From Bacteroidota bacterium (GTDB taxonomy: Bacteria; Bacteroidota; Ignavibacteria; SZUA-365), in assembly GCA_023432805.1 (NCBI GenBank), contig JAEYUG010000041.1, positions 1 through 57,793 of the forward strand: 57,793 nt of DNA. Direction: 5' to 3'. Made by a program: the position numbers and the translations under genes. Under the pieces are notes generated by a model that saw only the letters and a list, made by a program, of their open reading frames with translations, searched no databases and was not told where the DNA came from. Shown piece after piece: positions 31,211-40,331 of the stretch (positions are counted from its first letter, which is position 1; each line of letters opens with the position of its first letter).

Positions 31211-31244
31211 AAAAAAGGCCCTTCCCCGAAAACGAGGAAGGGCC
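31211..31244 (-). terminator. Rho-independent terminator downstream of ahcY (minus-strand sense: GGCCCTTCC-TCGTTTTCGG-GGAAGGGCC then TTTTTT)
   Basis: Perfect 9-bp GC stem with a T6 run on the minus strand, immediately 3' of the ahcY stop. Confidence 0.7.
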
Positions 31245-31320
31245 GAATCCAGCGGCATCGGATCCCGTTGCAGCGAGTGACCGCTCTGGCGGTCAGGACC
31301 CGGGGACGCAGCTGCAGCGA

Positions 31321-32601
31321 TCAGGTGCCAGCGCTGTAGTCGTTCATGTACGACAGCTGTTCGGCCGTGAGCTTGTCGATCTTGTAGCCCATGGTCTGCA
31401 GCTTGAGGCGCGCAATCTCCTGATCCTGCGATTCGGGAATGTCGTGCACGGTCGCCTCGAGCATGCGCCCCTTGCTGGCGGCTTCGGCCAGTCGGATCTG
31501 CGACATGAACTGGTTGGCGAAGGACATGTCCATCACCTCGCTGGGATGCCCTTCCGCTGCGGCAAGGTTCACCAGACGTCCCTGTGCGAGCAGGTAGACG
31601 CGGTTTCCGCTCTTGCGAATCACGTACTCTTCGTTGTTGGCGCGAATCGTGCGCTTCGACTTCGCGAGCTTCTCGAGTTCGGGGATGTTGATCTCGCAGT
31701 CGTAATGACCGGTATTGCAGACGATGGCACCATCCTTCATCATCGCGAAGTGCTTCTCACGGATCACATCCTTGCAGCCGGTCGCAGTGATGAACAGATC
31801 GCCCACCTTTGCCGCCTGATCCATCGTCATGACCTGGTGACCTTCGAGCGTCGCCTTGAGCGCGGCTGTCGGCTTCACTTCGGTGATGATCGTGTTCGCG
31901 CCAAGTCCCTTCGCCCGCTCTGCCACACCCTTGCCGCAGTGACCGAAGCCGGCCACGACCACGTTCTTGCCCGCGAGCAGCACGCTGGTCGCACGCAGCA
32001 CGCCGTCGAGCGTGCTCTGGCCCGTCCCGTACACGTTGTCGAAGTCCCACTTCGTCTCGGCATCGTTGACGGCGATGACCGGGTACTTCAGCTCACCGGC
32101 TGCCGCCATCGCGCGCAGACGATGCACACCCGTGGTGGTCTCCTCCGTGCCGCCGATGATCGTCGGGATCAGTTTGGGGAATTTTTTGTGGATCGTGAAG
32201 ATCAGGTCCGCACCGTCGTCGAGCGTCAGATTCGGTTTGAAGTCGAGCGTGCGCTCGATGGCCCAGTAGAACTCCTTGACGCTCATGCCGTGCCAGGCGT
32301 AGATCGACACGCCGTTGGCGGCGAGAGCCGCGGCGACTTCATCGTTCGTGGAGAGGGGATTGCATCCGCTCCAGCTCACATTCGCACCGGCGGCCACGAG
32401 GGTTTCGACCAGCACGGCCGTTTCCTTCGTCACGTGCAGGCAGCCGGCGATGCGGAAGCCCTTCAGCGGCTTGGTCTTCTTGTACTTCTCGCGCAGCGCC
32501 ATGAGCACCGGCATGCGGCTCTCGGCCCATTCGATCTTCTTGCGGCCTTCGTCGGCCAGCTTGATGTTCTTGACTTTGTATGCAGCGTTCGCTTTCGCCA
32601 T
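31321..32601 (-). CDS. ahcY: Adenosylhomocysteinase (S-adenosyl-L-homocysteine hydrolase)
   Basis: 426 aa. Strongly conserved segments (LKGFRIAGCLHVTKETAVLVETL, GCNPLSTNDEVAAAL, NAD-binding VVAGFGHCGKGVA, ...CNTGHYDCEI...). Confidence 0.95.
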   Translation of the reverse strand: MAKANAAYKVKNIKLADEGRKKIEWAESRMPVLMALREKYKKTKPLKGFRIAGCLHVTKETAVLVETLVAAGANVSWSGCNPLSTNDEVAAALAANGVSIYAWHGMSVKEFYWAIERTLDFKPNLTLDDGADLIFTIHKKFPKLIPTIIGGTEETTTGVHRLRAMAAAGELKYPVIAVNDAETKWDFDNVYGTGQSTLDGVLRATSVLLAGKNVVVAGFGHCGKGVAERAKGLGANTIITEVKPTAALKATLEGHQVMTMDQAAKVGDLFITATGCKDVIREKHFAMMKDGAIVCNTGHYDCEINIPELEKLAKSKRTIRANNEEYVIRKSGNRVYLLAQGRLVNLAAAEGHPSEVMDMSFANQFMSQIRLAEAASKGRMLEATVHDIPESQDQEIARLKLQTMGYKIDKLTAEQLSYMNDYSAGT

Positions 32602-32640
32602 GGAAATCGTGTATCCTTTTGATGGTGTGTTCGTGAATGA

Positions 32641-33786
32641 TCAGATCTTCTTGAAGACTTCGACGAGGTCGGTCTTCTCCCAGGTGAAGGCCTTGTCCTT
32701 CGGTCGCCCGAAATGTCCGTACGCGGCAGTCGCGCTGTAGATCGGCCGGCGCAGGTCGAGACGCGTGATGATGCCGGTCGGCGTCATGTCGATGTTCTTC
32801 TGGATGAACGCCGCAATGTGGTCGTCGGTCAGGCCGTGCTTGACCGACCCGTGGGTGTTCACATTGATCGACACGGGCTCTGCCACGCCGATCGCGTAGC
32901 TGACCTGGATCGTGCATTCGTCCGCGAGTCCTGCAGCCACGACGTTGATGGCAAGGTGACGCGCCGCATAGGCGGCAGAGCGGTCGACCTTCGAGGGATC
33001 CTTGCCACTGAACGCGCCACCGCCGTGCGGCGCCCAGCCGCCATAGGTGTCGACGATGATCTTGCGGCCGGTCAATCCCGAATCGCCATGAGGACCGCCG
33101 ATCTCGAAACGACCGGTGGGATTGACATGCAGCTTGATCTTCCCGTTGAGGAATTTCTGCGGAATGACCTTGTTGATCACGTGCTCCTGGACGTCGGCAC
33201 GGATCTGCTTCTGGGTCACACGCGCATCATGCTGCGTCGACACGACGATCGTGTCGATGCGCACGGCGCGGCGACCATCAAATTCCATCGTCACCTGCGA
33301 CTTCGCATCGGGACGCAGATACGGCATCAGATCCGGCTTCTTCTTGCGGATCTCCGCCAGTCGCTTGACGAGCTTGTGGGCGTAGAGAATCGGCATCGGC
33401 ATGAACTCCGATGTCTGATTGGTCGCATACCCGAACATCATTCCCTGATCACCGGCGCCACCGGTCACCACGCCGCGCGCGATGTCTGGGGACTGTTGAT
33501 GCAGGTGATTGGCCACGCCGCAGCTGTCTGCGTCGAACCGGTACTCGGGTTGCGTGTATCCGATCCTGCGCACCGTCTCCCTGACAATTTCCTGGATGTC
33601 GACATACTCCGATGTCGTCACCTCGCCGCCGACGAGCACGAAACCCGTCGTCGCAAAACACTCGCACGCCACACGTGCATCACTGTCCTTGGCGAGAATC
33701 GCGTCAAGCACAGCGTCGGAGATCTGATCACAGACCTTGTCAGGATGTCCTTCGGACACCGACTCCGACGTGAAGAGATAGGCCAT
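32641..33786 (-). CDS. metK: S-adenosylmethionine synthetase
   Basis: Start [25 protein letters not shown]; [19 protein letters not shown] signature. About 381 aa from the Met at 33786. Confidence 0.95.
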   Translation of the reverse strand: MAYLFTSESVSEGHPDKVCDQISDAVLDAILAKDSDARVACECFATTGFVLVGGEVTTSEYVDIQEIVRETVRRIGYTQPEYRFDADSCGVANHLHQQSPDIARGVVTGGAGDQGMMFGYATNQTSEFMPMPILYAHKLVKRLAEIRKKKPDLMPYLRPDAKSQVTMEFDGRRAVRIDTIVVSTQHDARVTQKQIRADVQEHVINKVIPQKFLNGKIKLHVNPTGRFEIGGPHGDSGLTGRKIIVDTYGGWAPHGGGAFSGKDPSKVDRSAAYAARHLAINVVAAGLADECTIQVSYAIGVAEPVSINVNTHGSVKHGLTDDHIAAFIQKNIDMTPTGIITRLDLRRPIYSATAAYGHFGRPKDKAFTWEKTDLVEVFKKI

Positions 33787-33865
33787 GAAAACCTCTGGTT
33801 GATTGATGGAAAAACATATCACAGCAAGATACCGGATACCCCGACACAGAACAACGCCCCGCGCG

Positions 33866-35035
33866 TTACCCGGAGGTCAGATCGCCGCGCCCGTAGCGCC
33901 TGCCCTTCCACTCCGCCCCGCCTCGCGCGTACGCCCGCATCGATCCCCATAGCAGCGCCACCAGATACCCGAGCGAGAGCGGCTGCAGCAACGCGTGCCA
34001 GGCGGCGAGTCTGCATTGCAGGGACAGGATCAGGCGGATCACCATCGGCAGTGCGATCAGCAGCACCATCGGCAGCGCCAGCTCCGCACGCCAGCCCCCG
34101 ATCAGCGCCGCCACCCCCAGCGGAAGCCACCCGAGCAGCACGCCCAGCGTGAAGAGCATCAGGCCCACCGCAAGTCCCCGATGAAACCCCAGCCCCGGAA
34201 ACAGGTTCTTTGTGAATCCCCGCCAGACCTCTTCGCGGCGCGTGTACATACGACAGCGCGCCAGATCTGCGCCGTTGGCCAGCGCGATGCGGGCGCCGGT
34301 GGACTTCACCGCACGTGCCAGCCAGACGTCGTCGACGATGGATCCCCGCACCGCGGCATGTCCCCCCGCCGCGTCGTAGGCCTGGCGCCGCACGAGCATC
34401 ACCTGACCGTTCGCCGCCGTGTAGGCCACGCTGCGGCTGTGCGTGATCATGAACATGGGGATGAACGTGTAGTAGATGTAGTGCATGAGCGGCACGGCCA
34501 CGCGCTCCCAGAAGCTTCCGGTGATCTGGCGCGGCAGCGCGCTGACCAGATCGATGCGGCGGTCTTCGCACCATCCCACAAGGGATGCCACGAGTGCAGG
34601 ATCATGCGTCGTGTCGGCATCGACGAAGAGCAGCCAGTCCCCATGCGCCTCGCGCGCCGCCTGTGTGCAGGCCCAGGTCTTCCCGACCCAGCCCTCGGGC
34701 AGCGGTGCCCCCGCAAGCACGCGCACCCGCGCATCCTCCGCCGCATGGCGCGTGGCGATCGCATGCGTGGCATCGGCGGAGTTGTCATCGACAACGAGGA
34801 TGTCGAGATTGTCAGATTGCTGCGCGCGTAGTGATGTAAGACACGCATCGAGCACCGCCTCCTCGTTGCGCGCGGGCACGATCACGCTCACGCGTGCGGG
34901 GGGCGTCCCATCGCCGCCTGCGGCCTGCGACGCACGCCGCGGAATTCTTTTGAAGGTCAGCGCGTTGAGCAGTCCGACACCCATGAAACTCACCGACACC
35001 GCCACGAGCACCCACGCCAGCACGATCATGCGCAT
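33866..35035 (-). CDS. Membrane-anchored family-2 glycosyltransferase (CruC/HpnB-like)
   Basis: ORF 33866..35095(-); the likely start is [23 protein letters not shown] (TM helix). [11 protein letters not shown]...[12 protein letters not shown]...GKTWAC...LLFVDADT is the GT2 (DXD) core, with C-terminal TM helices. Confidence 0.7.
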   Translation of the reverse strand: MRMIVLAWVLVAVSVSFMGVGLLNALTFKRIPRRASQAAGGDGTPPARVSVIVPARNEEAVLDACLTSLRAQQSDNLDILVVDDNSADATHAIATRHAAEDARVRVLAGAPLPEGWVGKTWACTQAAREAHGDWLLFVDADTTHDPALVASLVGWCEDRRIDLVSALPRQITGSFWERVAVPLMHYIYYTFIPMFMITHSRSVAYTAANGQVMLVRRQAYDAAGGHAAVRGSIVDDVWLARAVKSTGARIALANGADLARCRMYTRREEVWRGFTKNLFPGLGFHRGLAVGLMLFTLGVLLGWLPLGVAALIGGWRAELALPMVLLIALPMVIRLILSLQCRLAAWHALLQPLSLGYLVALLWGSMRAYARGGAEWKGRRYGRGDLTSG

Positions 35036-35056
35036 CCCCCCGCAGAGAGGACGTCC

Positions 35057-36088
35057 GTGAACATCGCCTTCGGCGCCCGCCATGCCGCACCGCACGCGCT
35101 CACGACGCGCGGCGCCTTCGAATGGTGGTATGTGGATGCGCTCGACGCGCAGGGAGAATGGGGCATCGTGGTCATAGTCTTCGATGGATCACCGATGGCG
35201 CCGGATTACGTGCGCGCCATTCGCACCAACAACGCTGGTCCCCAGGAGTTCCCGGCCCTCTTCTGCGCAGTCTACAACAAGGGTGTGCGCCGCTTCGCCG
35301 CCTATCAGCTGCTCGCGCCCGGCAGCCTCCTCGCGCGGGGGGATGCGGCCTCGCTCGAAGTGACGGCCGGGGACCTTGCCCTCACGCTCGACTTCGCGCG
35401 TGGTACGGGACGCATCCGCGGGGCGCTTGCCTCCAAGCTCGGCTTCCGCCGGGTGGAGCTGGATCTCGCGATCGAGCGCGTCACGGGCTGCGCCGACCGC
35501 GCGGAGATCCTCACACTCGAAGACTCCACCCACACGTGGAATCCCATCTGGCCCGCTGCCCGTGTGCACGGACGCCTGGCGCTCGACGGCACCGCGCACA
35601 CGCTCAAGGCCGACGGGTACGTCGATCACAACTTCTCGGCGCATCCCCTGCACGAGGAGGCGCATCCCTGGTACTGGGGCCGCGCCCGCGCCGGAGACCG
35701 CACGCTGGTCTGGTACACCTGGGGCGCCGCGGCGGACCAGGCTTTCGTCGGCGAATGGCGGGGGGATGACATCCTCGGGTACGCCAGCGATGTCGATGTG
35801 CAGAGCAGCGACTGGCACCGCATCGCGATGGGCCTGCGCTACGCGGGGCGCCTCGACCTGTCGTGGGGAAGCTGCCTGCTGCGCGTCGAACACCGGCGCA
35901 TCATCGATTACGGACCATTCTACCTGCGCTTTCTGGCGACGCTGCGCGACGAGCATGGGGCCGAACATGCGGCGGTGGCCGAGTACATGCATCCCCGCCG
36001 TGTGGCGGCGCACTTCTTTCATGTGTTCGTCAACATGCGGGTGGATCGCTCCCGTCGCCGTGCCGCGCTGCGCACCGGGCGGAGATAA
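35057..36088 (+). CDS. CrtC/AttH-like lipocalin-domain protein (possible carotenoid 1,2-hydratase); function uncertain
   Basis: N-terminal ...TTRGAFEWWYVDALDAQGEWGIVV... resembles the conserved EWWY start of the hydroxyneurosporene synthase (CrtC)/AttH family. 343 aa, soluble. It is divergent from the GT2 gene with nearly abutting 5' ends. Confidence 0.4.
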   Translation: MNIAFGARHAAPHALTTRGAFEWWYVDALDAQGEWGIVVIVFDGSPMAPDYVRAIRTNNAGPQEFPALFCAVYNKGVRRFAAYQLLAPGSLLARGDAASLEVTAGDLALTLDFARGTGRIRGALASKLGFRRVELDLAIERVTGCADRAEILTLEDSTHTWNPIWPAARVHGRLALDGTAHTLKADGYVDHNFSAHPLHEEAHPWYWGRARAGDRTLVWYTWGAAADQAFVGEWRGDDILGYASDVDVQSSDWHRIAMGLRYAGRLDLSWGSCLLRVEHRRIIDYGPFYLRFLATLRDEHGAEHAAVAEYMHPRRVAAHFFHVFVNMRVDRSRRRAALRTGRR

Positions 36089-36116
36089 AAAAAAAGGCCG
36101 CGTCGAGTCGCGGCCT
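36087..36116. terminator. Bidirectional terminator (A9-GGCCGCG-TCGAG-TCGCGGCC) between the CrtC-like gene and tRNA-Thr
   Basis: GC-rich hairpin. The A9 run on the plus strand gives a T9 run after the hairpin on the minus strand, which is appropriate for the minus-strand tRNA. Confidence 0.6.
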
Positions 36117-36120
36117 GGGG

Positions 36121-36193
36121 AGCCATCCATCGGATTCGAACCGACGACCTGTTCATTACGAGTGAACTGCTCTACCAACTGAGCTAGGATGGC
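36121..36193 (-). tRNA. tRNA-Thr (anticodon CGT)
   Basis: Minus-strand sequence GCCATCCTAGCTCAGTTGGTAGAGCAGTTCACTCGTAATGAACAGGTCGTCGGTTCGAATCCGATGGATGGCT folds into a canonical cloverleaf: 7-bp acceptor stem, D-arm GCTC/GAGC, anticodon stem GTTCA/TGAAC with loop CTCGTAA (anticodon CGT), T-arm GTCGG-TTCGAAT-CCGAT. CCA is not encoded. Confidence 0.9.
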
Positions 36194-36281
36194 GTCTGAA
36201 ATGAAAAAGCGTTTCAGCACAGCGAATATATACACGCCATGGTGTAATTTCCAAGTGCTCACGTGAAATCCGATCTGACCC

Positions 36282-36875
36282 GTGCACCTGCTTCTCGTCG
36301 ACAACTACGACTCCTTCACATGGAACCTCGCCCAGCTCTTCATGGAGTGCGGCGCCCGCGTGACCGTGCGCCGCAATGATGCGGTCAGGGCGGATACGCT
36401 CGCGCATGGAGCGTATGATCTGCTGTGCATTTCGCCGGGTCCTCGCGATCCGGCGCACGCCGGATGCAGCATGGAGATGATCAGCGCGGCTGCGGGACGC
36501 CTGCCCGTGTTCGGGGTCTGCCTCGGGATGCAGGCGATCAACGAGGTGTTCGGCGGTCGCACGGTGCGTGCTCCGAGGCCCGTGCACGGCATGGCAACAC
36601 CCGTGCGCCACGCGGCGGCGCCGCTGTTCTCCGGCATCCCCGACGGCTTCGCCGCGGCTCGCTATCACAGCCTCATGTGTGCGGATGTTCCCGACTGTCT
36701 TGTCGTGACCGCTCGTGCCGACGACGGCGTGCCGATGGCGCTCGAGCATCGCACGCTGCCGATCGTTGGAGTGCAGTTTCATCCCGAGTCCTTTCTCACT
36801 GCCGTGGGAGCCCAGCTCGTGCGCAATCTCTTCTCGCTCTGCGCGCACGGCGCGACATCGGAGGACGCGGCATGA
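36282..36875 (+). CDS. pabA: Glutamine amidotransferase of aminodeoxychorismate/anthranilate synthase (component II)
   Basis: LLVDNYDSFTWNL, catalytic GVCLGMQ, and ...VQFHPES... are class-I GATase TrpG/PabA signatures. 197 aa. Its stop overlaps the next start (ATGA at 36872). Confidence 0.85.
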   Translation: MHLLLVDNYDSFTWNLAQLFMECGARVTVRRNDAVRADTLAHGAYDLLCISPGPRDPAHAGCSMEMISAAAGRLPVFGVCLGMQAINEVFGGRTVRAPRPVHGMATPVRHAAAPLFSGIPDGFAAARYHSLMCADVPDCLVVTARADDGVPMALEHRTLPIVGVQFHPESFLTAVGAQLVRNLFSLCAHGATSEDAA

Positions 36876-38368
36876 GCAGCGCCCTGCCCTCGATCGCACT
36901 CACCGTGCGCGATGAAGGATGCACCGGCATCCACGCGCCGGATCCCCGCATCGCCCTCGCCCGCGAACTCGCACAGGTCGCTGCGTGCGCACCGGGCACG
37001 CCCGTGGTCGTGCTGCTGAGCGGGGGGGATTCACCCCTCGCCCGCCGCTCCATGGTGGCCGAGGCCCCGCTTGCGATCCTCCATGCATCCGGGGGAAGCA
37101 CCCGGCTCGCGACCTCCTCCGGCACCTGGACGCTGGACGCGGATCCCTTTGCCGCACTCGACGCCCTGCTCACTACGCTCCCTGCTGATTCTCCCCCACA
37201 GCTTTTTGGCCTCATCGGCTACGAGGCTGCGCGACGCATCGAACGGCTGCCCGGCACGACGACCGACGATGTGGGATTTCCGGATCTGTTTTTCCTCATT
37301 CCCTCCCTCCTGCACGTGCACAACCGGCAGTCCGCAGGCGGCGTGCGACGCATCGCCTTCGAACTGGAAGTCGCCGGCGAGCGGATGCTTCCGATGGGGG
37401 CCGGGGATGTGGCACGGGTGTTCGGTGACACGCAGCCGGCGGCGTGCACGGACGCGATCCGCGGCGAAGCCGCATCCGCTCCACACACCGGCTCGTCGTT
37501 CACACATGCCGTCTCGTCGTTCACACACACCGTCTCGTCGTTCACGCGCGCCACGTACGAACATGCCGTCGCCCGCACGATCGACTACATCCACGCGGGC
37601 GACGTGTATCAGGTGAACCTCTCGCAGCGGTTCTCGTTTCCGTTCGCGGCGCATCCCTTCGAGCGCTGGCTCGCACTCTTCGACCGGAACGCCGCGCCCT
37701 ACTACGCATATGTCGATACGGGTCGCCATCAGGTGCTCTCGACGTCGATGGAACGCTTCCTGTCGGTGCGCGGGGCGGAGGTGGTGACGCAGCCGATCAA
37801 GGGGACCCGGGCCCGCGGCACGACGCCGGATGAGGACGCCGCGCGCGCCGACGAACTGCGCACGTCTGCAAAGGACGATGCCGAACTGTCGATGATCGTC
37901 GATCTGATGCGCAACGATCTCGGGCACGTGTGCCGGCCGACATCGGTTGTGGTGCGTGCGCACAAGCTGCTCGACAGCTGGCGCAACGTGCACCATCTCT
38001 CGAGCATCGTCGAGGGAGTGCTGCGCGACGAGGTGTCGATCGGCGAGGTGCTGCGCGCGACGTTTCCGGCGGGATCGATCACCGGCTGCCCGAAGATCCG
38101 CGCCATGGAAATCATCGACGAGCTCGAGCCCGTGGTGCGCGCCGCGTACACGGGTTCGATCGGCTGCCTCGGTCCCGCCCGCGACATGGAACTCTCGGTC
38201 GCGATCCGCACCGCGATCGTGCACGACGGCGTCTGCCATGTGAGCGTGGGCGGTGGCATCGTGCGCGACTCACTGCCGGCGGACGAGTACACCGAGACGC
38301 TCGCCAAGGGCAGCACGCTCTTCGACGTGCTCGGCGGCGGCATGCCCGGGGAAGCATCCGATGCGTGA
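36872..38368 (+). CDS. pabB: Aminodeoxychorismate synthase component I (chorismate-binding enzyme)
   Basis: In-frame Met at 36872 within the long ORF 36425..38368. C-terminal chorismate-binding motifs (...PIKGTRARG..., ...SMIVDLMRNDLG..., ...FPAGSITGCPKIRAMEII..., ...GSIGCLG..., ...SVGGGIV.DS). A class-IV aminotransferase (PabC-like) gene follows. Confidence 0.8.
   Translation: MSSALPSIALTVRDEGCTGIHAPDPRIALARELAQVAACAPGTPVVVLLSGGDSPLARRSMVAEAPLAILHASGGSTRLATSSGTWTLDADPFAALDALLTTLPADSPPQLFGLIGYEAARRIERLPGTTTDDVGFPDLFFLIPSLLHVHNRQSAGGVRRIAFELEVAGERMLPMGAGDVARVFGDTQPAACTDAIRGEAASAPHTGSSFTHAVSSFTHTVSSFTRATYEHAVARTIDYIHAGDVYQVNLSQRFSFPFAAHPFERWLALFDRNAAPYYAYVDTGRHQVLSTSMERFLSVRGAEVVTQPIKGTRARGTTPDEDAARADELRTSAKDDAELSMIVDLMRNDLGHVCRPTSVVVRAHKLLDSWRNVHHLSSIVEGVLRDEVSIGEVLRATFPAGSITGCPKIRAMEIIDELEPVVRAAYTGSIGCLGPARDMELSVAIRTAIVHDGVCHVSVGGGIVRDSLPADEYTETLAKGSTLFDVLGGGMPGEASDA
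37493..37555. repeat. 21-bp tandem repeat x3 (TCGTCGTTCACACA(T/C)(G/A)CCGTC-like) inside pabB, encoding SSFTHAV-SSFTHTV-SSFTRAT
   Basis: Three consecutive near-identical 21-bp units were read directly from the sequence. The repeat is in frame and adds a heptapeptide repeat in the N-terminal half of PabB. Confidence 0.6.
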
Positions 38369-39227
38369 CGATCGCATGGTGTTGTGGAACGGCGTGCTGG
38401 TCGCCGCCTCCGAGGTGCGCATCTCGCCGTGGGATCGCGGACTCCTGCTCGGCGACGGCGCCTTCGAAACACTGCGCGCCGACGAGGGCCGCGTGCACCG
38501 CATCCACGCCCATGCCGCCCGCCTCGCACGCACGCTCGCGGCCCTGCGCATCGCGCCGCCGGACACCCTCGCCTGTTCCGCTACGCGCTTCGCCGAACTG
38601 CTCGCAGCCAACGGACTCGACTCGGGATGCGTCCGCCTGCGATGGACGGTCACGCGCGGCGCGCTCTCCGGCGGCGGCCTTCCCGGCGGCACCGTCCCGA
38701 CCGAACTCGTCACCGCCGAGCGCTACAGCGCACCGGACGACGACGCCTACGCGCAGGGATGGTCCGTACTCGTCTCCGACCACATGCTCGCGCCCTCGGT
38801 CGCCGCACACAAGAGCCTCTCCTACCTCCCCTGCCTCCTCGCCCGCCAGGATGCGCTCGACCGCGGCCACGACGAGTGCCTCCTGCGCGCACCCGACGGC
38901 AGCATCGCCGAGGGCTCGGCATCGAGCATCCTGCTCTTCCGCGACGAAGTGGCCATCGTGCCCGACACACCGCATCAACTTGCCGGCATCACCCGCACTG
39001 CCGTCTGCGCCTTGCTCGAGGCGGATGGAATTACCGTGCACGCGCGGTGTGTGACCGATGAGGATCTCGCCATCGCCGACACCATCTGGTGCTGCAACGC
39101 CCTGCTCGGCATCATGCCCGCCGCATCTATCGGAAGCCGTGCATGGCCCGCGCCGCGGATGCTTCCCCACCTGCGCGCCGGTCTCGCCGCAAGGATCCGG
39201 ACACGGCTCTTCTCCTCCTCTCACTGA
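38361..39227 (+). CDS. pabC: Aminodeoxychorismate lyase / class IV (branched-chain/D-amino-acid type) aminotransferase fold
   Basis: Start MRDDRMVLWNGVLV overlaps the pabB stop. ...LLLGDGAFETLR... and ...E..SSNLF... are class-IV PLP-enzyme motifs. 288 aa. Its position after pabA/pabB supports PabC over IlvE. Confidence 0.7.
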   Translation: MRDDRMVLWNGVLVAASEVRISPWDRGLLLGDGAFETLRADEGRVHRIHAHAARLARTLAALRIAPPDTLACSATRFAELLAANGLDSGCVRLRWTVTRGALSGGGLPGGTVPTELVTAERYSAPDDDAYAQGWSVLVSDHMLAPSVAAHKSLSYLPCLLARQDALDRGHDECLLRAPDGSIAEGSASSILLFRDEVAIVPDTPHQLAGITRTAVCALLEADGITVHARCVTDEDLAIADTIWCCNALLGIMPAASIGSRAWPAPRMLPHLRAGLAARIRTRLFSSSH

Positions 39228-39337
39228 CCTCACAATCCTAATCCGCCAATTCGGAGCCATTGTCTCCTTCGTCCTTCCTCCGACTGGTGTCACCTCGCAT
39301 AGCTTGGATGCCAGAAGGTGCAGGCCTATATTCGTAA

Positions 39338-39895
39338 TTGTTTGATTTCACAACGCTAGCGGTGTTTTTCTCCGGAGAGATTGTGTCCATCGAATCCATT
39401 TTATTCTTCGTTTTCGCCTTCATCGCCGTGGCCAGCGCACTTCTCATGGTCAGCCGGGCGAACCCCATGAAGAGCGCACTCTTCCTCATTCTGAACTTCA
39501 TCGCGCTCGCGGGCATCTACCTCACCCTCCATGCGCAGTTCGTCGCCATCATGCAGATCATCGTGTATGCCGGTGCCATCATGGTGCTCGTGCTGTTCGT
39601 GATCATGCTGCTCAATCTGCAGGATGACAAGCGGCTGCAGGAAGTCCGTTCGTGGAGAAGCTATGTGGCCATCGGATTCTCGGCCGTGCTGCTGGTGCTG
39701 ATCATCCACGCGGTCTCGTCGGTCACAGTGCTCGACTACGGACCGATCTCGCCGCAATCCGAGTCGATCGGAACCGTCGAGCATATCGGCAAGGTGCTCT
39801 ACACCTCGTTCATCTTCCCGATCGAGATCACGTCGCTGCTCCTGACCGCCGCCATCATCGGAGCGTTGGTCCTCGCCAAGAAACGCTTCCCCTGA
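39338..39895 (+). CDS. nuoJ: NADH-quinone oxidoreductase subunit J
   Basis: Hydrophobic NuoJ pattern (...[33 protein letters not shown]...). The true start is probably the GTG at 39383 (VSIESILFF...), preceded by GGAGAG, rather than the upstream ATG at 39338. Confidence 0.85.
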   Translation: MFDFTTLAVFFSGEIVSIESILFFVFAFIAVASALLMVSRANPMKSALFLILNFIALAGIYLTLHAQFVAIMQIIVYAGAIMVLVLFVIMLLNLQDDKRLQEVRSWRSYVAIGFSAVLLVLIIHAVSSVTVLDYGPISPQSESIGTVEHIGKVLYTSFIFPIEITSLLLTAAIIGALVLAKKRFP

Positions 39896-39938
39896 CCGGC
39901 GCCCCCACGAAACCCGCACACGACCGCCCTCCATCGCC

Positions 39939-40241
39939 ATGATCCCGATCGAATACTATCTGTTTCTCAGCGCCGTCATGTTCACGATCGGCGTTGTCGG
40001 CGTGCTCGTCCGCCGCAATGTCATCATCCTTTTCATGTGCATCGAGCTGATGCTCAATTCCGTCAATCTCACCTTCGTCGCCTTCTCCGCCTATCTCGGC
40101 GAGGCGTCCGGCCAGGTGATCGTCTTCTTCGTCATGGCTGTCGCAGCCGCCGAAGCCGCCATCGGTCTGGCGATCGTCATCGCGATGTACCGGAACAAGA
40201 CGACGGTGAATCTCAACGAATTGAACATTCTCAAATGGTGA
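39939..40241 (+). CDS. nuoK: NADH-quinone oxidoreductase subunit K
   Basis: 100 aa with three TM helices. The [44 protein letters not shown] segment is the classic NuoK/ND4L sequence. Confidence 0.9.
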   Translation: MIPIEYYLFLSAVMFTIGVVGVLVRRNVIILFMCIELMLNSVNLTFVAFSAYLGEASGQVIVFFVMAVAAAEAAIGLAIVIAMYRNKTTVNLNELNILKW

Positions 40242-40331
40242 GAGACGTGCGCGCGGCCCTGCGCCGCAGCGTCGCCGCCACCACCACTCACGCGAACCTG
40301 GCTTCCGACGCTCCGGTCATGACCGGATGCA

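Noticed and set aside
33787-33865. Possible SAM-responsive riboswitch upstream of metK.
   Set aside because: Only ~80 nt separate metK from the upstream GT2 stop, and I could not recognise SAM-I, SAM-II or SAM/SAH consensus elements by eye. metK is more likely co-transcribed with the GT2 gene. A covariance-model scan (Infernal/Rfam) would be decisive.
36425-36871. Upstream in-frame extension of pabB (ORF 36425..38368, 647 aa), running through pabA in another frame.
   Set aside because: The extension overlaps the entire conserved pabA coding sequence and translates to Arg-rich nonsense. The ATGA junction at 36872 gives a normal-length PabB.
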